Source: Mycobacteriales bacterium (GTDB lineage: Bacteria; Actinomycetota; Actinomycetes; Mycobacteriales; SCTD01). Taken from it: a DNA stretch of 58,676 bases. The stretch is from NCBI GenBank assembly GCA_038236005.1, contig JBBSTI010000002.1:1-58676 (forward strand). Direction: 5' to 3'. Within the stretch, counting starts at the first letter, position 1. Each line of letters starts with the position of its first letter. A program made the position numbers and the translations under genes. Below, piece after piece: positions 8,816 to 18,483 of this stretch. Under the pieces are notes generated by a model. It was not told where the DNA came from, did not search any database, and saw only the letters and a program-made list of their open reading frames with translations.

Positions 8816-11335
8816 TCAGGCCCAGGCGTCCTGACGGGTGAGACCGGTGACGTGCACGACCGCGAACCCGGCCTCGTCGCTGGCGGCGAGGTCGACCTCA
8901 GCGTCGATCCCCCAGTCGTGGTCGCCGGCCGGGTCGTCGATAACCTGACGCACCGTCCATCGCTCCGGGCCGGTGGCGACCCGGTAGTAGGCCGGACCCC
9001 GGGCGTCCGGGCCGGTGCCGATCACCTGGTGATCGGCGTAGTAGGCCTCGATCGCCGCGAACCAGTCCACGTCCGGGTCCAGCTCGGCCAGCTGGTCCGG
9101 ACGCCGCAGCGCCAGCGCCTCGACCCGCCGGAAGACGGCATTGCGCACGAGCACGCGAAAGGCTCGGACGTTGCCGGTGACCGGACGCGGGATCGCCGGT
9201 ACGGCTGCCACCGGTCCCTCCGGGTCGGTCGGGTTGCTGAGCTGCTCCCACTCGTCCAGCAGGGAGCTGTCGACCTGGCGCACCAGCTCGCCGAGCCACT
9301 CGGTGAGGTCGATCAGCTCCTCGGTGCGCAGCTCGCTCGGCACGGTCTGCTTGAGCGCCTTGTAGGCATCAGCGAGATAACGCAGCACCGTGCCCTCGGA
9401 GCGGGCCACCCCGTAGAAGGAGACGTACTCGTTGAAGGTCATGGCCCGCTCGGACAGGTCGCGCGCGACCGACTTGGGCGACAGCGTGTGGTCGAGCACC
9501 CACGGGTGGCCGCGCCGGTAGGCGTCGTAGCCCGCCTCCAGCAGCTCGGCCAGCGGCTTGGGCCAGGAGATCTCCTCCAGCAGCTCCATGCGCTCCTCGT
9601 ACTCCTTGCCGCGGGCCTTCATCTCGGCGACCGCCTCACCCCGCTCCTTGTTGCGCTGCGCCTTGAGCACCGGCCGCGGGTTGTCCAGCGTGGCCTCGAG
9701 CACGGACAGGACGTCCAGGGCGTACGTCGGTGACTCCCGGTCCACCAGCTCGAAGGCGGCGAGCGCGAACGGGGCCAGCGGCTGGTTGAGCGCGAAGTCA
9801 CGCTGCAGGTCGACGGTGACCCGCACCGTGCGGCCCTGCTCGTCGGGCGAGGCCAGCCGTTCCAGCACACCGCCGGCGACCAGCGCCCGGTAGTGCCCGA
9901 TCGCCGTGCGGACCAGCGCCCGCTGGTGCGCTCGGTCCTCGTCGTTGTCGAGCAGCAGATGGCGCATGTGTGCGAAAAAGTCGCCGGGACGCTGGGCGAC
10001 GTTGAGCAGCATGGCGTGGGACACCTGGAAGTGGCTGGTGAGCTGCTCGGGCTCGGCCGACCACAGCCGCTCGTAGGTCGGTTCGCCCCACGAGACGAAG
10101 CCCTCGGGCGGCTTCTTGCGCGTATAGCTACGGCGCTTCTTCGCATCGTCGCCGATCTTGGCGAGCTTGCGCGCGTTCTCGATGTCGTGCTCAGGAGCCT
10201 GGACCACGACGCCACCGGCGGTGTCGAAGCCCGCCCGCCCAGCGCGACCGGCGACCTGGGCGAACTCGCGCGCCTTGAGGTGACGCGTACGCACTCCGTC
10301 GTACTTCGAGAGCGACGTCATGACCACGGTGCGGATCGGGACGTTGATGCCCACGCCGAGCGTGTCGGTGCCACAGATGACCTTGAGCAGGCCGGCCTGG
10401 GCGAGCACCTCCACCAACCGGCGGTATTTCGGGAGCATCCCAGCGTGGTGCACCCCGATCCCGTGGCGAACCAGCCGAGACAGCGTCTTGCCGAACCCGG
10501 TCGCGAACCGGAACCCGCCGATCTGCTCAGCGACCGCGTCCTTCTGCGCACGGGTGAGCATGTTGATGCTCATCAGCGACTGGGCCTGCTCGATCGCCCC
10601 GGCCTGGGAGGGGTGCACGACATACACCGGCGCCTGCCCGCCGGACAGCAGGCTCTCCACGGTCTCGTGCAGCGGCGTGAGGACGTACGAGCCATACAGC
10701 GGGACCGGACGCTCGAACCCGGTGACGACCGCCGTGGGACGACCGGTGCGCTCGGTCAACCGCTTCTCGAACCGGGTGACGTCGCCGAGGGTGGCGCTCA
10801 TCAGGAGGAACTGCGCCTGCGGCAGCTCGAGCAGAGGCACCTGCCAGGCCCAGCCACGATCAGGGTCCGCGTAGAAGTGGAACTCGTCCATGACGACCTG
10901 CCCGAGGCGCGCCGACGAGCCCTCGCGCAGCGCACGGTTGGCGAGCACCTCAGCGGTGCAGCAGACGATCGGCGCGTCGCTGTTCACGCTCGCGTCCCCG
11001 GTCGCCAGCCCGACGTTCTCCGCGCCGAAGACGTCCACCAGGGCAAAGAACTTCTCGCTGACCAGCGCCTTGAGCGGGGCGGTGTACCAGCTCTGCTCCC
11101 CCCGGGCGAACGCCGCCAGGTGGGCCCCGATCGCGACCAAGGACTTGCCCGACCCGGTCGGCGTCGACAGGATGACGTTGCTGCCGCTCACCACCTCGAT
11201 GAGCGCCTCGGTCTGCGCGGGATAGAGCGTGAGCCCACGCCCCTCGGCCCAGAACTCGAAGCTCGCGAAGACGGTGTCGGGGTCGGCATCCGGTGGCAGC
11301 AGCTCGGGCAGCCGCGGTCGGTCGGCAGAGGTCAC
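8816..11335 (-). CDS. DEAD/DEAH-box (Ski2-like) helicase with a DUF3516-type C-terminal region
   Basis: Walker A TPTGSGKS, a DEFH box and helicase C motifs (HHAGM), followed by a long helical C-terminus. Confidence 0.85.
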   Translation of the reverse strand: MTSADRPRLPELLPPDADPDTVFASFEFWAEGRGLTLYPAQTEALIEVVSGSNVILSTPTGSGKSLVAIGAHLAAFARGEQSWYTAPLKALVSEKFFALVDVFGAENVGLATGDASVNSDAPIVCCTAEVLANRALREGSSARLGQVVMDEFHFYADPDRGWAWQVPLLELPQAQFLLMSATLGDVTRFEKRLTERTGRPTAVVTGFERPVPLYGSYVLTPLHETVESLLSGGQAPVYVVHPSQAGAIEQAQSLMSINMLTRAQKDAVAEQIGGFRFATGFGKTLSRLVRHGIGVHHAGMLPKYRRLVEVLAQAGLLKVICGTDTLGVGINVPIRTVVMTSLSKYDGVRTRHLKAREFAQVAGRAGRAGFDTAGGVVVQAPEHDIENARKLAKIGDDAKKRRSYTRKKPPEGFVSWGEPTYERLWSAEPEQLTSHFQVSHAMLLNVAQRPGDFFAHMRHLLLDNDEDRAHQRALVRTAIGHYRALVAGGVLERLASPDEQGRTVRVTVDLQRDFALNQPLAPFALAAFELVDRESPTYALDVLSVLEATLDNPRPVLKAQRNKERGEAVAEMKARGKEYEERMELLEEISWPKPLAELLEAGYDAYRRGHPWVLDHTLSPKSVARDLSERAMTFNEYVSFYGVARSEGTVLRYLADAYKALKQTVPSELRTEELIDLTEWLGELVRQVDSSLLDEWEQLSNPTDPEGPVAAVPAIPRPVTGNVRAFRVLVRNAVFRRVEALALRRPDQLAELDPDVDWFAAIEAYYADHQVIGTGPDARGPAYYRVATGPERWTVRQVIDDPAGDHDWGIDAEVDLAASDEAGFAVVHVTGLTRQDAWA

Positions 11336-11363
11336 GCGGACCAGTCTCGCCGAGACCCGCGTA

Positions 11364-11406
11364 CGCCCGCCCGACGCGGACCGTGCTGCGGCGTGTCGGG
11401 CGGACG
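11364..11406 (-). terminator. Hairpin downstream of the HtrA-like gene
   Basis: A 12-bp GC stem with 1 mismatch pairs cgcccgcccgac with gtcgggcggacg around a 19-nt loop. There is no U tract. Confidence 0.4.
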
Positions 11407-11426
11407 CAAGGGGAGGCCGGGTCGGC

Positions 11427-12602
11427 TCAGGTGGTGGGCGCAGTCTCCAGGGTCGCGGTACCGGTCTGGCTCTGCCCGCCGCGCAGATAGGTCAGCGTCA
11501 CCTGGTCACCGGGGGCGTGGTCCCGCACCGCAACGATCAGGGTGTCCGCGTCGGTCACCGCGCGGCCGCCGACCGACGTGACGACGTCGCCGTCCTGCAG
11601 ACCTGCGGCCTGTGCGGCGCCGGTCACCTGCTGGACCACGGCGCCGGACCCGTCCTGGGTGTTCCCGACGCTGACGCCGAGCAGCGGGTGCGTGGCGTGC
11701 CCGGTCTTGACGATCTGGTCGGCGACCCGGGTGACGTCAGCCGCCGGGATCGCGAACCCGACCCCCACGTTGCCGGTCGAGCCCCCGCTGGTCGCGATGG
11801 CGCTGTTGATGCCCACGACCTTGCCGGACAGGTCGACCAGAGCGCCGCCGCTGTTGCCCGGGTTGATGGCTGCGTCGGTCTGCACCGCGTCGATGACGGA
11901 CTGGCTGTCGGCGTTCTCGCCGGTGCGCACGGCGCGACCGATCGTCGAGACGATGCCCTCGGTGACGGTGTTCGACAGCCCGAGGGGTGCGCCGACAGCG
12001 AGCACCGGCTGGCCGACCGTGAGCGTGCCGCTGTCGAACGTCGCCGGGACGAGCTTGTCGGACGTGGCGACCTTGACCACCGCCAGATCGCTGGTCGGGT
12101 CGGTGCCGACGATGGTGGCCGGCACGGTGGTCCCGTCCTGGAAGGTGACCGTGGCCCTGCCCCCGGCGGCGGCTGCGGCGACGACGTGGTTGTTGGTGAC
12201 GATGAACCCGTCCTTGCTCAGGACGATCCCGGAGCCGGTGCCCGCGATCTGTCGACCCTGCTGCACGCCGACCTCTTTGATCGTCACGACGCTCGGTCCG
12301 ATCACCGCGGCAGCGGACTGCGCCGTGCCGGCCCCGGCGGCAGGCGCAGACGCTGCGCTCACCTGGGTGACACCCAGGGCCGGGGTGCCGACGCCTGCGC
12401 CCCGACCGTCGGCGGCCAGCGTGATCCCCGCCCCGAGGGCGCCTGCCCCCAGTGCTCCGGCAAGCAGCAGAGCGGCGGTGCGACGCCGTAGACCGGTCCG
12501 GTCGGGCGGCGCGGGGGTCTGCGGGGTCGGCACCGGCCACGGCGAGCTCTCGTAGCCGGGTCCGTAGGGCGGCGGGGTCGTCATGCTCGTCAGGTCCTCC
12601 AT
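11427..12602 (-). CDS. HtrA/DegP-like trypsin-type serine protease with a PDZ domain and an N-terminal membrane anchor
   Basis: Catalytic motifs TNNHV, SDLAVVKV and GNSGGALV, plus a C-terminal PDZ-like segment. Confidence 0.9.
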   Translation of the reverse strand: MEDLTSMTTPPPYGPGYESSPWPVPTPQTPAPPDRTGLRRRTAALLLAGALGAGALGAGITLAADGRGAGVGTPALGVTQVSAASAPAAGAGTAQSAAAVIGPSVVTIKEVGVQQGRQIAGTGSGIVLSKDGFIVTNNHVVAAAAAGGRATVTFQDGTTVPATIVGTDPTSDLAVVKVATSDKLVPATFDSGTLTVGQPVLAVGAPLGLSNTVTEGIVSTIGRAVRTGENADSQSVIDAVQTDAAINPGNSGGALVDLSGKVVGINSAIATSGGSTGNVGVGFAIPAADVTRVADQIVKTGHATHPLLGVSVGNTQDGSGAVVQQVTGAAQAAGLQDGDVVTSVGGRAVTDADTLIVAVRDHAPGDQVTLTYLRGGQSQTGTATLETAPTT

Positions 12603-12684
12603 CGGGGTTGGACCTAGCCTGCGCCCGGCGAGTTGAGGTGGACGTGAGCGTTCTCAGCAACGGGTTGTGACGCTGCGCACGCCG

Positions 12685-13665
12685 CTAGTCGGTCGTGGTG
12701 CCGAGCAGCCGACGCAGCGAGTCCAGTCGCGCCGGCGTCGCGTGACCGCGCCGCACCTGCTCGTCCAGCGCGCACCCGGGTGCGTCCGCGAGGTGCGTGC
12801 AGCCGGGCGGGCACGCCTGCGACGCCTCGGCGAGGTCGGGAAAGGCCGCGAGCAGTCGCTCCGGCGAGGTGGCACCGAGCCCGAAGGACCGGACACCCGG
12901 GGTGTCGATCACGATGCCCCCGCCGGGCAGGGACAGTGCGATCGCCGAGCTGCTGGTGTGCCGACCTTTTCCTACCCCGGTGACCTCGCCGACCGCCCGG
13001 AAGGCGTCCGGGACCAGCCGGTTCACCAGCGTGGACTTCCCGACGCCGGACTGTCCGAACAGCACGCTGCTGCGCCCGGCGAGCCGCCGGGCCAGCGCGT
13101 CCACCCCGACGTCGTCCGGGCCGGGTCCGGTCACGATCGCCTCGACCCCGAGCGGGGTGTAGAGCGCGAGCAGCTCGTCCGGAGGAGCCAGGTCGGCCTT
13201 GGTGAGGCACAGCAGGGGGACCAGGCCCCCGTCGTACGCCGCCACCAGGCACCGGTCGACGAGCCGCGGGCGCGGCTCGGGATCGGCGAGCGCGGTGACG
13301 ACCACGAGCACCTCGGCATTCGCGACGACCGGCCGCTCGATCGGGTCGGTGTCGTCCGGCGTCCTGCGCAGCAACGAGGTCCGTTCGGCCACCCGGACGA
13401 TCCGGGCCAGCGCGTCGGGCCCGCCCGACAGGTCACCGACGACCGAGACGACGTCGCCCACGACCACCGCTCGTCGACCCAGCTCTCTCGCCCGGACGGC
13501 GGTGAGCAGGGTGCCGCCGTCCGCTCGGAGCCGGAAACGGCCACGGTCGACGGTCACCACCTGCGCGGATCCGGCACCCTCGTGGGCCGGCCGGGTCCGG
13601 GTGCGCGGCCGTGAGCCGCGGCCCGGCCTGACCCGTACGTCGTCCTCGTCCAGCTCGCGGGCCAC
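12685..13665 (-). CDS. rsgA: Ribosome small-subunit-dependent GTPase A
   Basis: GQSGVGKSTLVN P-loop and a C-terminal Cys/His zinc cluster (CPPGCTHLADAPGC). It lies immediately downstream of aroA, as in mycobacteria. Confidence 0.9.
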   Translation of the reverse strand: MARELDEDDVRVRPGRGSRPRTRTRPAHEGAGSAQVVTVDRGRFRLRADGGTLLTAVRARELGRRAVVVGDVVSVVGDLSGGPDALARIVRVAERTSLLRRTPDDTDPIERPVVANAEVLVVVTALADPEPRPRLVDRCLVAAYDGGLVPLLCLTKADLAPPDELLALYTPLGVEAIVTGPGPDDVGVDALARRLAGRSSVLFGQSGVGKSTLVNRLVPDAFRAVGEVTGVGKGRHTSSSAIALSLPGGGIVIDTPGVRSFGLGATSPERLLAAFPDLAEASQACPPGCTHLADAPGCALDEQVRRGHATPARLDSLRRLLGTTTD

Positions 13666-13670
13666 CGGCC

Positions 13671-14942
13671 TCAGCCTCCGGCGAGCATGCGGTCCCAGGA
13701 CCCCACGAAGTCGGGCACGGTCTTGCGCGTGGTCGCGACGTCTTCGACGAGCACGCCGTCGACGGCCAGGCCGAGCACCGCCCAGGCCATCGCGATCCGG
13801 TGGTCGTCGTGGGTCGGCAGCCGCCCGCCGACGAGCCTCCTGGGCCGGATCTCCAGACCGTCGTCGCGCTCGCGCACGTCCCCGCCCATCGCGTTGACCC
13901 CGTCGGCGAGGGCCCGCAGTCGATCCGTCTCGTGCCGCCGGAGGTGGGCCACGCCGGTGAAGGTGCTCGGTCCGTCGGCCAGCGCCGCGACCGCGGTCAG
14001 CACCGGCGTCAGCTCACCGGCGTCGCGCAGGTCGGCATCGATGCCGACCAGCCGGTCGCCCGCGCTGACCGTCACGGTGTCGCCGTCACGGGTGACGTGC
14101 GCGCCCATCGCGGCCAGCAGGTCGGGCAGGACGCTGCCGGGCTGAGTCGTGCTGGCGGGCCACCCGGCCACGCTGACCTGACCGCCGGCCACCAGCGGGG
14201 CGGCGAGGTAGGCGGCCGCGGTGGACAGGTCGGGCTCGACGACCGCGTCACGCGGACGGAGCCGGCCCGGCTCGACCACCCAGGTGCCGGGAGTGCTGTC
14301 GTCCACGACGCCGCCGACGCCGCGAAGCGCCTCGACCGTCATCGCGAGGTGCGGTGCGCTCGGCAGCGTCGGGCCGACGTGGCGAACCACGACGCCGCGG
14401 TCGTAGCGGGGTGCCGACAGCAGCAGGCCGCTGACCAGCTGGCTCGAGCTGGAGGCGTCGAGCGCCACCTCACCACCTCGTAGAGCGCCGGTCCCGCGCA
14501 CGTGGACCGGCAGGGCGTCGGTGTCGGACAGGTCGGCCCCCAGGCTCCGCAGGGCGGCGAGCAACGGTCCGAGCGGCCGCTCCCGCACCCGCGGGTCCCC
14601 GTCGATCGTGACGCCACCGAGCACGAGGGCTGCCAGCGGGGGCACGAAGCGCGCGACGGTTCCCGCGTTGCCGACGTCGATCCGGTCACCCCGGGTGTGC
14701 CCGTCTGTGCCGACGACCTCCCAGTCGCCCTCGCCCGTGTCCCGGACGTCAGCCCCCAGCACCCGCAGGGCGGCCACCATCAGCTCGGTGTCCCTGCTGC
14801 GCAACGGCCGGCGGACGACCGAGGTGCCGTCGGCGAGCGCTGCCAGCACCAGGGCGCGGTTGGTGACGCTCTTGCTTCCCGGGAGCAGGACCGTGGCGCT
14901 CAGCGCGCTCCCGCGCGGGGCCGGCCAGGGATCCAGGGTCAT
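13671..14942 (-). CDS. aroA: 3-phosphoshikimate 1-carboxyvinyltransferase (EPSP synthase)
   Basis: LPGSKSVTNRAL motif and full-length EPSPS-like sequence. The start is taken at the ATG at 14942, the second M of the ORF. Confidence 0.9.
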   Translation of the reverse strand: MTLDPWPAPRGSALSATVLLPGSKSVTNRALVLAALADGTSVVRRPLRSRDTELMVAALRVLGADVRDTGEGDWEVVGTDGHTRGDRIDVGNAGTVARFVPPLAALVLGGVTIDGDPRVRERPLGPLLAALRSLGADLSDTDALPVHVRGTGALRGGEVALDASSSSQLVSGLLLSAPRYDRGVVVRHVGPTLPSAPHLAMTVEALRGVGGVVDDSTPGTWVVEPGRLRPRDAVVEPDLSTAAAYLAAPLVAGGQVSVAGWPASTTQPGSVLPDLLAAMGAHVTRDGDTVTVSAGDRLVGIDADLRDAGELTPVLTAVAALADGPSTFTGVAHLRRHETDRLRALADGVNAMGGDVRERDDGLEIRPRRLVGGRLPTHDDHRIAMAWAVLGLAVDGVLVEDVATTRKTVPDFVGSWDRMLAGG

Positions 14943-15082
14943 GTCGGTCCTTCCGGTCGATCGCTCCGCGGGCAGCCCGCCGTGTGCGATCATGCCAGGC
15001 CACCGAACGTCTACCGCCTCGCTCCGCGCCGGCGGCGGGGCCGGGAGGTCCGGTCAAGGACCCTCCGCACGGGGCGTCGCGC

Positions 15083-15104
15083 CGGGCTAGCGTCGGGCTA
15101 GCGT
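15083..15104 (+). promoter_or_regulatory. Duplicated 11-bp unit (cgggctagcgt x2) carrying -10-like TAGCGT boxes in front of the SRAP gene
   Basis: Perfect tandem copies at 15083-15093 and 15094-15104. The second TAGCGT ends 7 nt before the GTG at 15112, a leaderless-type geometry. Confidence 0.35.
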
Positions 15105-15111
15105 CTGTCGG

Positions 15112-15816
15112 GTGTGCGGTCGTTACGCGAGCAGCCGGAGCGCGGCAGACCTCGCCGCCTTCTTCGGGGTCGAGGAGGCGCCCGAGGAGGAGCTGACGCC
15201 CAGCTGGAACGTGGCGCCGACCGACCCGGTCCCGATCGTGCTCGCCAGGCAGGGCCGTCGACTGCTGCGGGTGGCCCGGTGGGGACTGGTGCCGTCCTGG
15301 GCCAGAGACACCAAGGGGGCGGCCCGGCTGATCAACGCCCGGCAGGAGACGGTGGCCGACAAGCCGTCCTTCCGGGCCGCGTTCCTCCGCCGCCGCTGTC
15401 TGGTCCCGGCCGACGGCTACTACGAGTGGCAGCGCGAGGGCGGACGCAAGGTCCCGTGGTTCCTGAGCGCCCGAGACACCTCGCCGCTGGCCATGGCCGG
15501 GCTGTACGAGCTGTGGCGCGCGGACGAGCAGCACCCGTGGCTGCTGACCACGACGGTGCTGACGACCGAGGCGGCCGACGACACCGGCGAGATCCACGAA
15601 CGCACCCCGTTGCTGGTGGCCCGCGACGACTGGACCGCGTGGTTGGACCCGGCTCGTGAACGCGCGGACAGCGCCGTGCTGTCGCCGGCGGTGCCCGGTG
15701 TCCTGACGGCCTGGCAGGTCGACCCGGCGGTCGGCAACGTGCGCAACGAGGGGCCGGAGCTGTCCCGCCCGCTCCGGGGACCTGCTGACCGGGTGACCGA
15801 CGCCGGCCAGGGGTAG
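15112..15816 (+). CDS. SOS response-associated peptidase (SRAP/YedK/HMCES family, abasic-site sensor)
   Basis: N-terminal MCGRY with the catalytic Cys2. WNVAPT and ADGYYEW motifs are present. Confidence 0.9.
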   Translation: MCGRYASSRSAADLAAFFGVEEAPEEELTPSWNVAPTDPVPIVLARQGRRLLRVARWGLVPSWARDTKGAARLINARQETVADKPSFRAAFLRRRCLVPADGYYEWQREGGRKVPWFLSARDTSPLAMAGLYELWRADEQHPWLLTTTVLTTEAADDTGEIHERTPLLVARDDWTAWLDPARERADSAVLSPAVPGVLTAWQVDPAVGNVRNEGPELSRPLRGPADRVTDAGQG

Positions 15817-15896
15817 GGCTGTCAGGACGCGCGTCCGGGACCGGACGCGCACCACCGCGCACGACCAGGCACCACCGATCCGAAGGAGCGCTGACA

Positions 15897-16256
15897 GTGG
15901 CCACCGAGGTTGACGTCCAGCAGGCCCGCACGACCCTGGAGAAGGTCCTTGCCGACCTGGAGAGCACCACGACGACGCTGGAGGGCGAGCACGCTGAGGA
16001 AGGCTCCGAGCTGAGCAGCGTGAGCCAGCACGCCGGCGACACCGACGCCGGCGACGTCGACCGCGAGCACGCGATGCTCGAGGCGACCGCGTCACAGCGC
16101 GAGGAGGTCACGTCGGCGCTCGGACGTATCCAGGACGGCACGTACGGCCGGTGCATCGACTGCGGCGAACAGATCGGCACGGCCCGACTGGAGTTCAAGC
16201 CCGAGGTGGCTCGGTGCCTGGAAGACCAGCAGAAGCACGAGGCGGAGCAGGCCTGA
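15897..16256 (+). CDS. DksA/TraR-family zinc-finger protein
   Basis: Acidic coiled-coil N-terminus and a C-terminal CIDCGEQI..ARC finger. RBS GAAGGAG lies before the GTG. Confidence 0.7.
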   Translation: MATEVDVQQARTTLEKVLADLESTTTTLEGEHAEEGSELSSVSQHAGDTDAGDVDREHAMLEATASQREEVTSALGRIQDGTYGRCIDCGEQIGTARLEFKPEVARCLEDQQKHEAEQA

Positions 16257-16268
16257 GCTCCCGGCTGG

Positions 16269-17048
16269 TCAGCCGGGACGGACCGCGCTCGCCACCAGGT
16301 GCAGGCCGACGTCCTCGCCAGCGTGGATCGGGGCCATCTCCTTCTCGCTGGCGACCAGCCGCGACAGGGTGGCTCGCCCGCCCTGTTCGAGGGCCCGGTC
16401 GACGGCGTGCGGGGTCAGGACGGTCCGCGGACGCACCCAGGCGACGTCGAAGCCGCTCTGCTCCAGGAGCAGCCGCAGCTCGTCGGCCAGGAAGCAGCGG
16501 GTGAGCGCGCCGTCGGACTGCTCGACGAGCAGGACGTCAGCGCTGCTGACGTCCGCAAGCTCGGCCCACCGCTCCTGCTCGGCGAGCTGACCTAGGCCGT
16601 GCAGGAGCGAGTCGACGACGATGAGCAGCCGGCCGCCGGGCGCCAGCACGCGGAACAGGTCGTCCGCGAGCACCTCGAGACCGAGGCACGGCAATGTCCG
16701 CGACTCGGCGAGCACGGCCGCACAGCTGCCATCGGCGAGCCATCCCAGCGTGGCGGGGTCGGCTTGCACCCGGACCACACCTGGCGTGCCGGGGGCGTCG
16801 CCCGAAGGCGCGACCGGAGACACCCGCAGGACCGTGTGGCCCGCCCCGGCCAGCCTCGCCGCGTGCCCTGACTTCGAACCGGACAGGTCCAGCAGTGTCC
16901 CAGGGACGCTCGGGGCCCAGTCGGCCACCTGGCCCGTGGCGACCCGCTCGTAGAAGGCCCAGTATGCCGCGGTGTCCTTGGGCAACGTCTTGGACGAGCG
17001 TGTCCCGAGGGCGCGTCGTTGCCCTGGTCCGTCCTGCTGCAGCAGCAT
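16269..17048 (-). CDS. Class I SAM-dependent methyltransferase
   Basis: LLDLSGSKSGHAARLA resembles methyltransferase motif I. Length is 259 aa. Confidence 0.6.
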   Translation of the reverse strand: MLLQQDGPGQRRALGTRSSKTLPKDTAAYWAFYERVATGQVADWAPSVPGTLLDLSGSKSGHAARLAGAGHTVLRVSPVAPSGDAPGTPGVVRVQADPATLGWLADGSCAAVLAESRTLPCLGLEVLADDLFRVLAPGGRLLIVVDSLLHGLGQLAEQERWAELADVSSADVLLVEQSDGALTRCFLADELRLLLEQSGFDVAWVRPRTVLTPHAVDRALEQGGRATLSRLVASEKEMAPIHAGEDVGLHLVASAVRPG

Positions 17049-17071
17049 CCTGCGTGTCTACCCTCCCGTCC

Positions 17072-17785
17072 GTGGAGGTCAACCCCGGCGAGCCTGCGTG
17101 TCACTGCTTCGACACACCCCGTGGTCCTGCGGTGGTTCGGTCGTGGGCGGGAACGGGACGGGGAGGCAGGCTGGTGCTGGGCCACGGCGCCGGAGGAGCC
17201 GCGTACGGGGGCGCCGGAGGAGCCGCGTACGGGGGCGCCTCGTTGGAGCCGGACCTGATCGCGGCGAGGGACGCGGCGCTGCGGTCCGGGCTGGACGTGG
17301 TGCTCGTGGAGCAGCCGTGGCGGGTGGCGGGGCGACGGGTGGCCGAGTCGCCGGCCCGGCTCGACGAGGCGTGGCTGGCCGTGCTGGGATCGTTGCCGAC
17401 CGGGGTCGCGACGGTGGTCGGCGGACGCAGCGCCGGGGCGAGGGTCGCGTGCCGGACGGCCAGCCTGCTCGCGGACGTGGTGGGCGTGCTGTGCCTGGCC
17501 TTCCCGCTGCAGCCGCCGAGGTCGAAGGGTCCGGCCCCGTCCCGGGCGGCCGAGCTCGACCTCCCGCGGGTGCCGGTGCTCGTGGTGCAGGGCGGCCGGG
17601 ACCCGTTCGGCGTGCCGGGCGGGGCTCCAGGACGCGGGGTGGTGACGGTGCCGGGTGCGGACCACTCTTTCGACGTGCGCCGCAGGGACGGTGAGCGCAC
17701 CGAGGCGCTGCGCTCGGTCGAGAGCGCGGTGCGCGACTGGTTGGTCGAGCTCGCCCGACCGGGCAACGGCCGCGTCAGACGCTGA
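17072..17785 (+). CDS. Alpha/beta hydrolase-fold protein (KANL3/Tex30 or dienelactone-hydrolase-like)
   Basis: GHGAGG.., [10 protein letters not shown] (nucleophile elbow-like) and a PGADHSF motif. The start is taken at the GTG at 17072, after the divergent methyltransferase. Confidence 0.6.
   Translation: MEVNPGEPACHCFDTPRGPAVVRSWAGTGRGGRLVLGHGAGGAAYGGAGGAAYGGASLEPDLIAARDAALRSGLDVVLVEQPWRVAGRRVAESPARLDEAWLAVLGSLPTGVATVVGGRSAGARVACRTASLLADVVGVLCLAFPLQPPRSKGPAPSRAAELDLPRVPVLVVQGGRDPFGVPGGAPGRGVVTVPGADHSFDVRRRDGERTEALRSVESAVRDWLVELARPGNGRVRR
17187..17239 (+). repeat. Perfect 24-bp tandem duplication inside the hydrolase CDS
   Basis: gcgccggaggagccgcgtacgggg occurs at 17187-17210 and 17211-17234, with 5 nt of a third copy. 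It duplicates 8 aa in frame (GGAAYGGA). Confidence 0.95.
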
Positions 17786-18452
17786 CGAACACGCCGCGGG
17801 CGATGTCGGCGTCGACGAGCAGCGGTTCGGTGGCGCCAGCGACCCGCAAGCTCATCCGACCGTCCTCGGAGGCGGCCACCTGTGCGGTGACGCCGGGCCT
17901 GATCTGTGCGTTCTCCAGCACCAGCATCGGTTCGGCCATGGTCTGCAGGTGCTCGTCGATGCGTCGGACGACGACGGCCTGGCCGGGGCGCACCTCGGCG
18001 AGCGGGACCAGCGGGCCGTGGTCCACGGTGTTGGCCGACCCGGGGATCGGCAGACCGTGCGGGCTGGTGCCGGGGTCGCCCAGGAGCGCCACCAGGTAGG
18101 TCTCGAGGTTGTCGCTGATGGCGTGCTCGAGCCGGCACGCCTCGTCGTGCACCTGCGACCAGGGGACGTGCAGCACCTGCACGAGCAGCTGCTCGGCGAG
18201 GCGGTGGCGCCGCAGGATCCGCGAGCCGTACTCGCGGCCGGTCTCGGTCAGCTGCAGGACCCGGTCGCTGTCGAGGTTGACGTAGCCCTCGCGCTCCAGG
18301 CGTTTGACGGTCTCGCTCACGGCGGGGGCGGACACGCCGAGCCGCTCGACGAGGCGGGCGCGCATCGGCGCGATACCAGCCTCCTCCAGCTCGAGGATGG
18401 TCTCCAGGTATTGCTCGACCGCCGGATGGTGACCTGCGCTCCGCTCGGACAT
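17775..18452 (-). CDS. DtxR/IdeR-family metal-dependent transcriptional regulator with a C-terminal SH3-like domain
   Basis: [10 protein letters not shown] and the HDEACRLEH metal-site motif. Length is 225 aa. Confidence 0.85.
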   Translation of the reverse strand: MSERSAGHHPAVEQYLETILELEEAGIAPMRARLVERLGVSAPAVSETVKRLEREGYVNLDSDRVLQLTETGREYGSRILRRHRLAEQLLVQVLHVPWSQVHDEACRLEHAISDNLETYLVALLGDPGTSPHGLPIPGSANTVDHGPLVPLAEVRPGQAVVVRRIDEHLQTMAEPMLVLENAQIRPGVTAQVAASEDGRMSLRVAGATEPLLVDADIARGVFVSV

Positions 18453-18458
18453 GCGATC

Positions 18459-18464
18459 ACCCTA
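18459..18464 (-). promoter_or_regulatory. -10-like TAGGGT box 6 nt upstream of the regulator ATG (leaderless-type)
   Basis: The minus strand reads TAGGGT-GATCGC-ATG. Confidence 0.35.
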
Positions 18465-18483
18465 GGTCGGTCGGGGGTGAAGG

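Noticed and set aside
8852-11581. Plus-strand ORFs 8852-9733 and 9893-11581, antisense to the DUF3516 helicase and the HtrA gene
   Set aside because: These are low-complexity Arg/Gly/Asp/Leu translations opposite genes with clear catalytic motifs.
15004-15017. Possible LexA/SOS box upstream of the SRAP gene (CGAAC half-site)
   Set aside because: Only one half-site of the actinobacterial TCGAAC-N4-GTTCGA box is present, with no matching inverted half.
14749-16198. Minus-strand ORFs of 448 and 288 aa covering the SRAP and DksA-like genes
   Set aside because: They are Arg/Pro/Gly-rich shadows. The plus-strand genes carry diagnostic motifs (MCGRY, zinc finger).
16694-17071. 126-codon N-terminal extension of the hydrolase ORF overlapping the divergent methyltransferase
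   Set aside because: The extension is antisense to the methyltransferase and low-complexity. The hydrolase-like sequence begins after the GTG at 17072.
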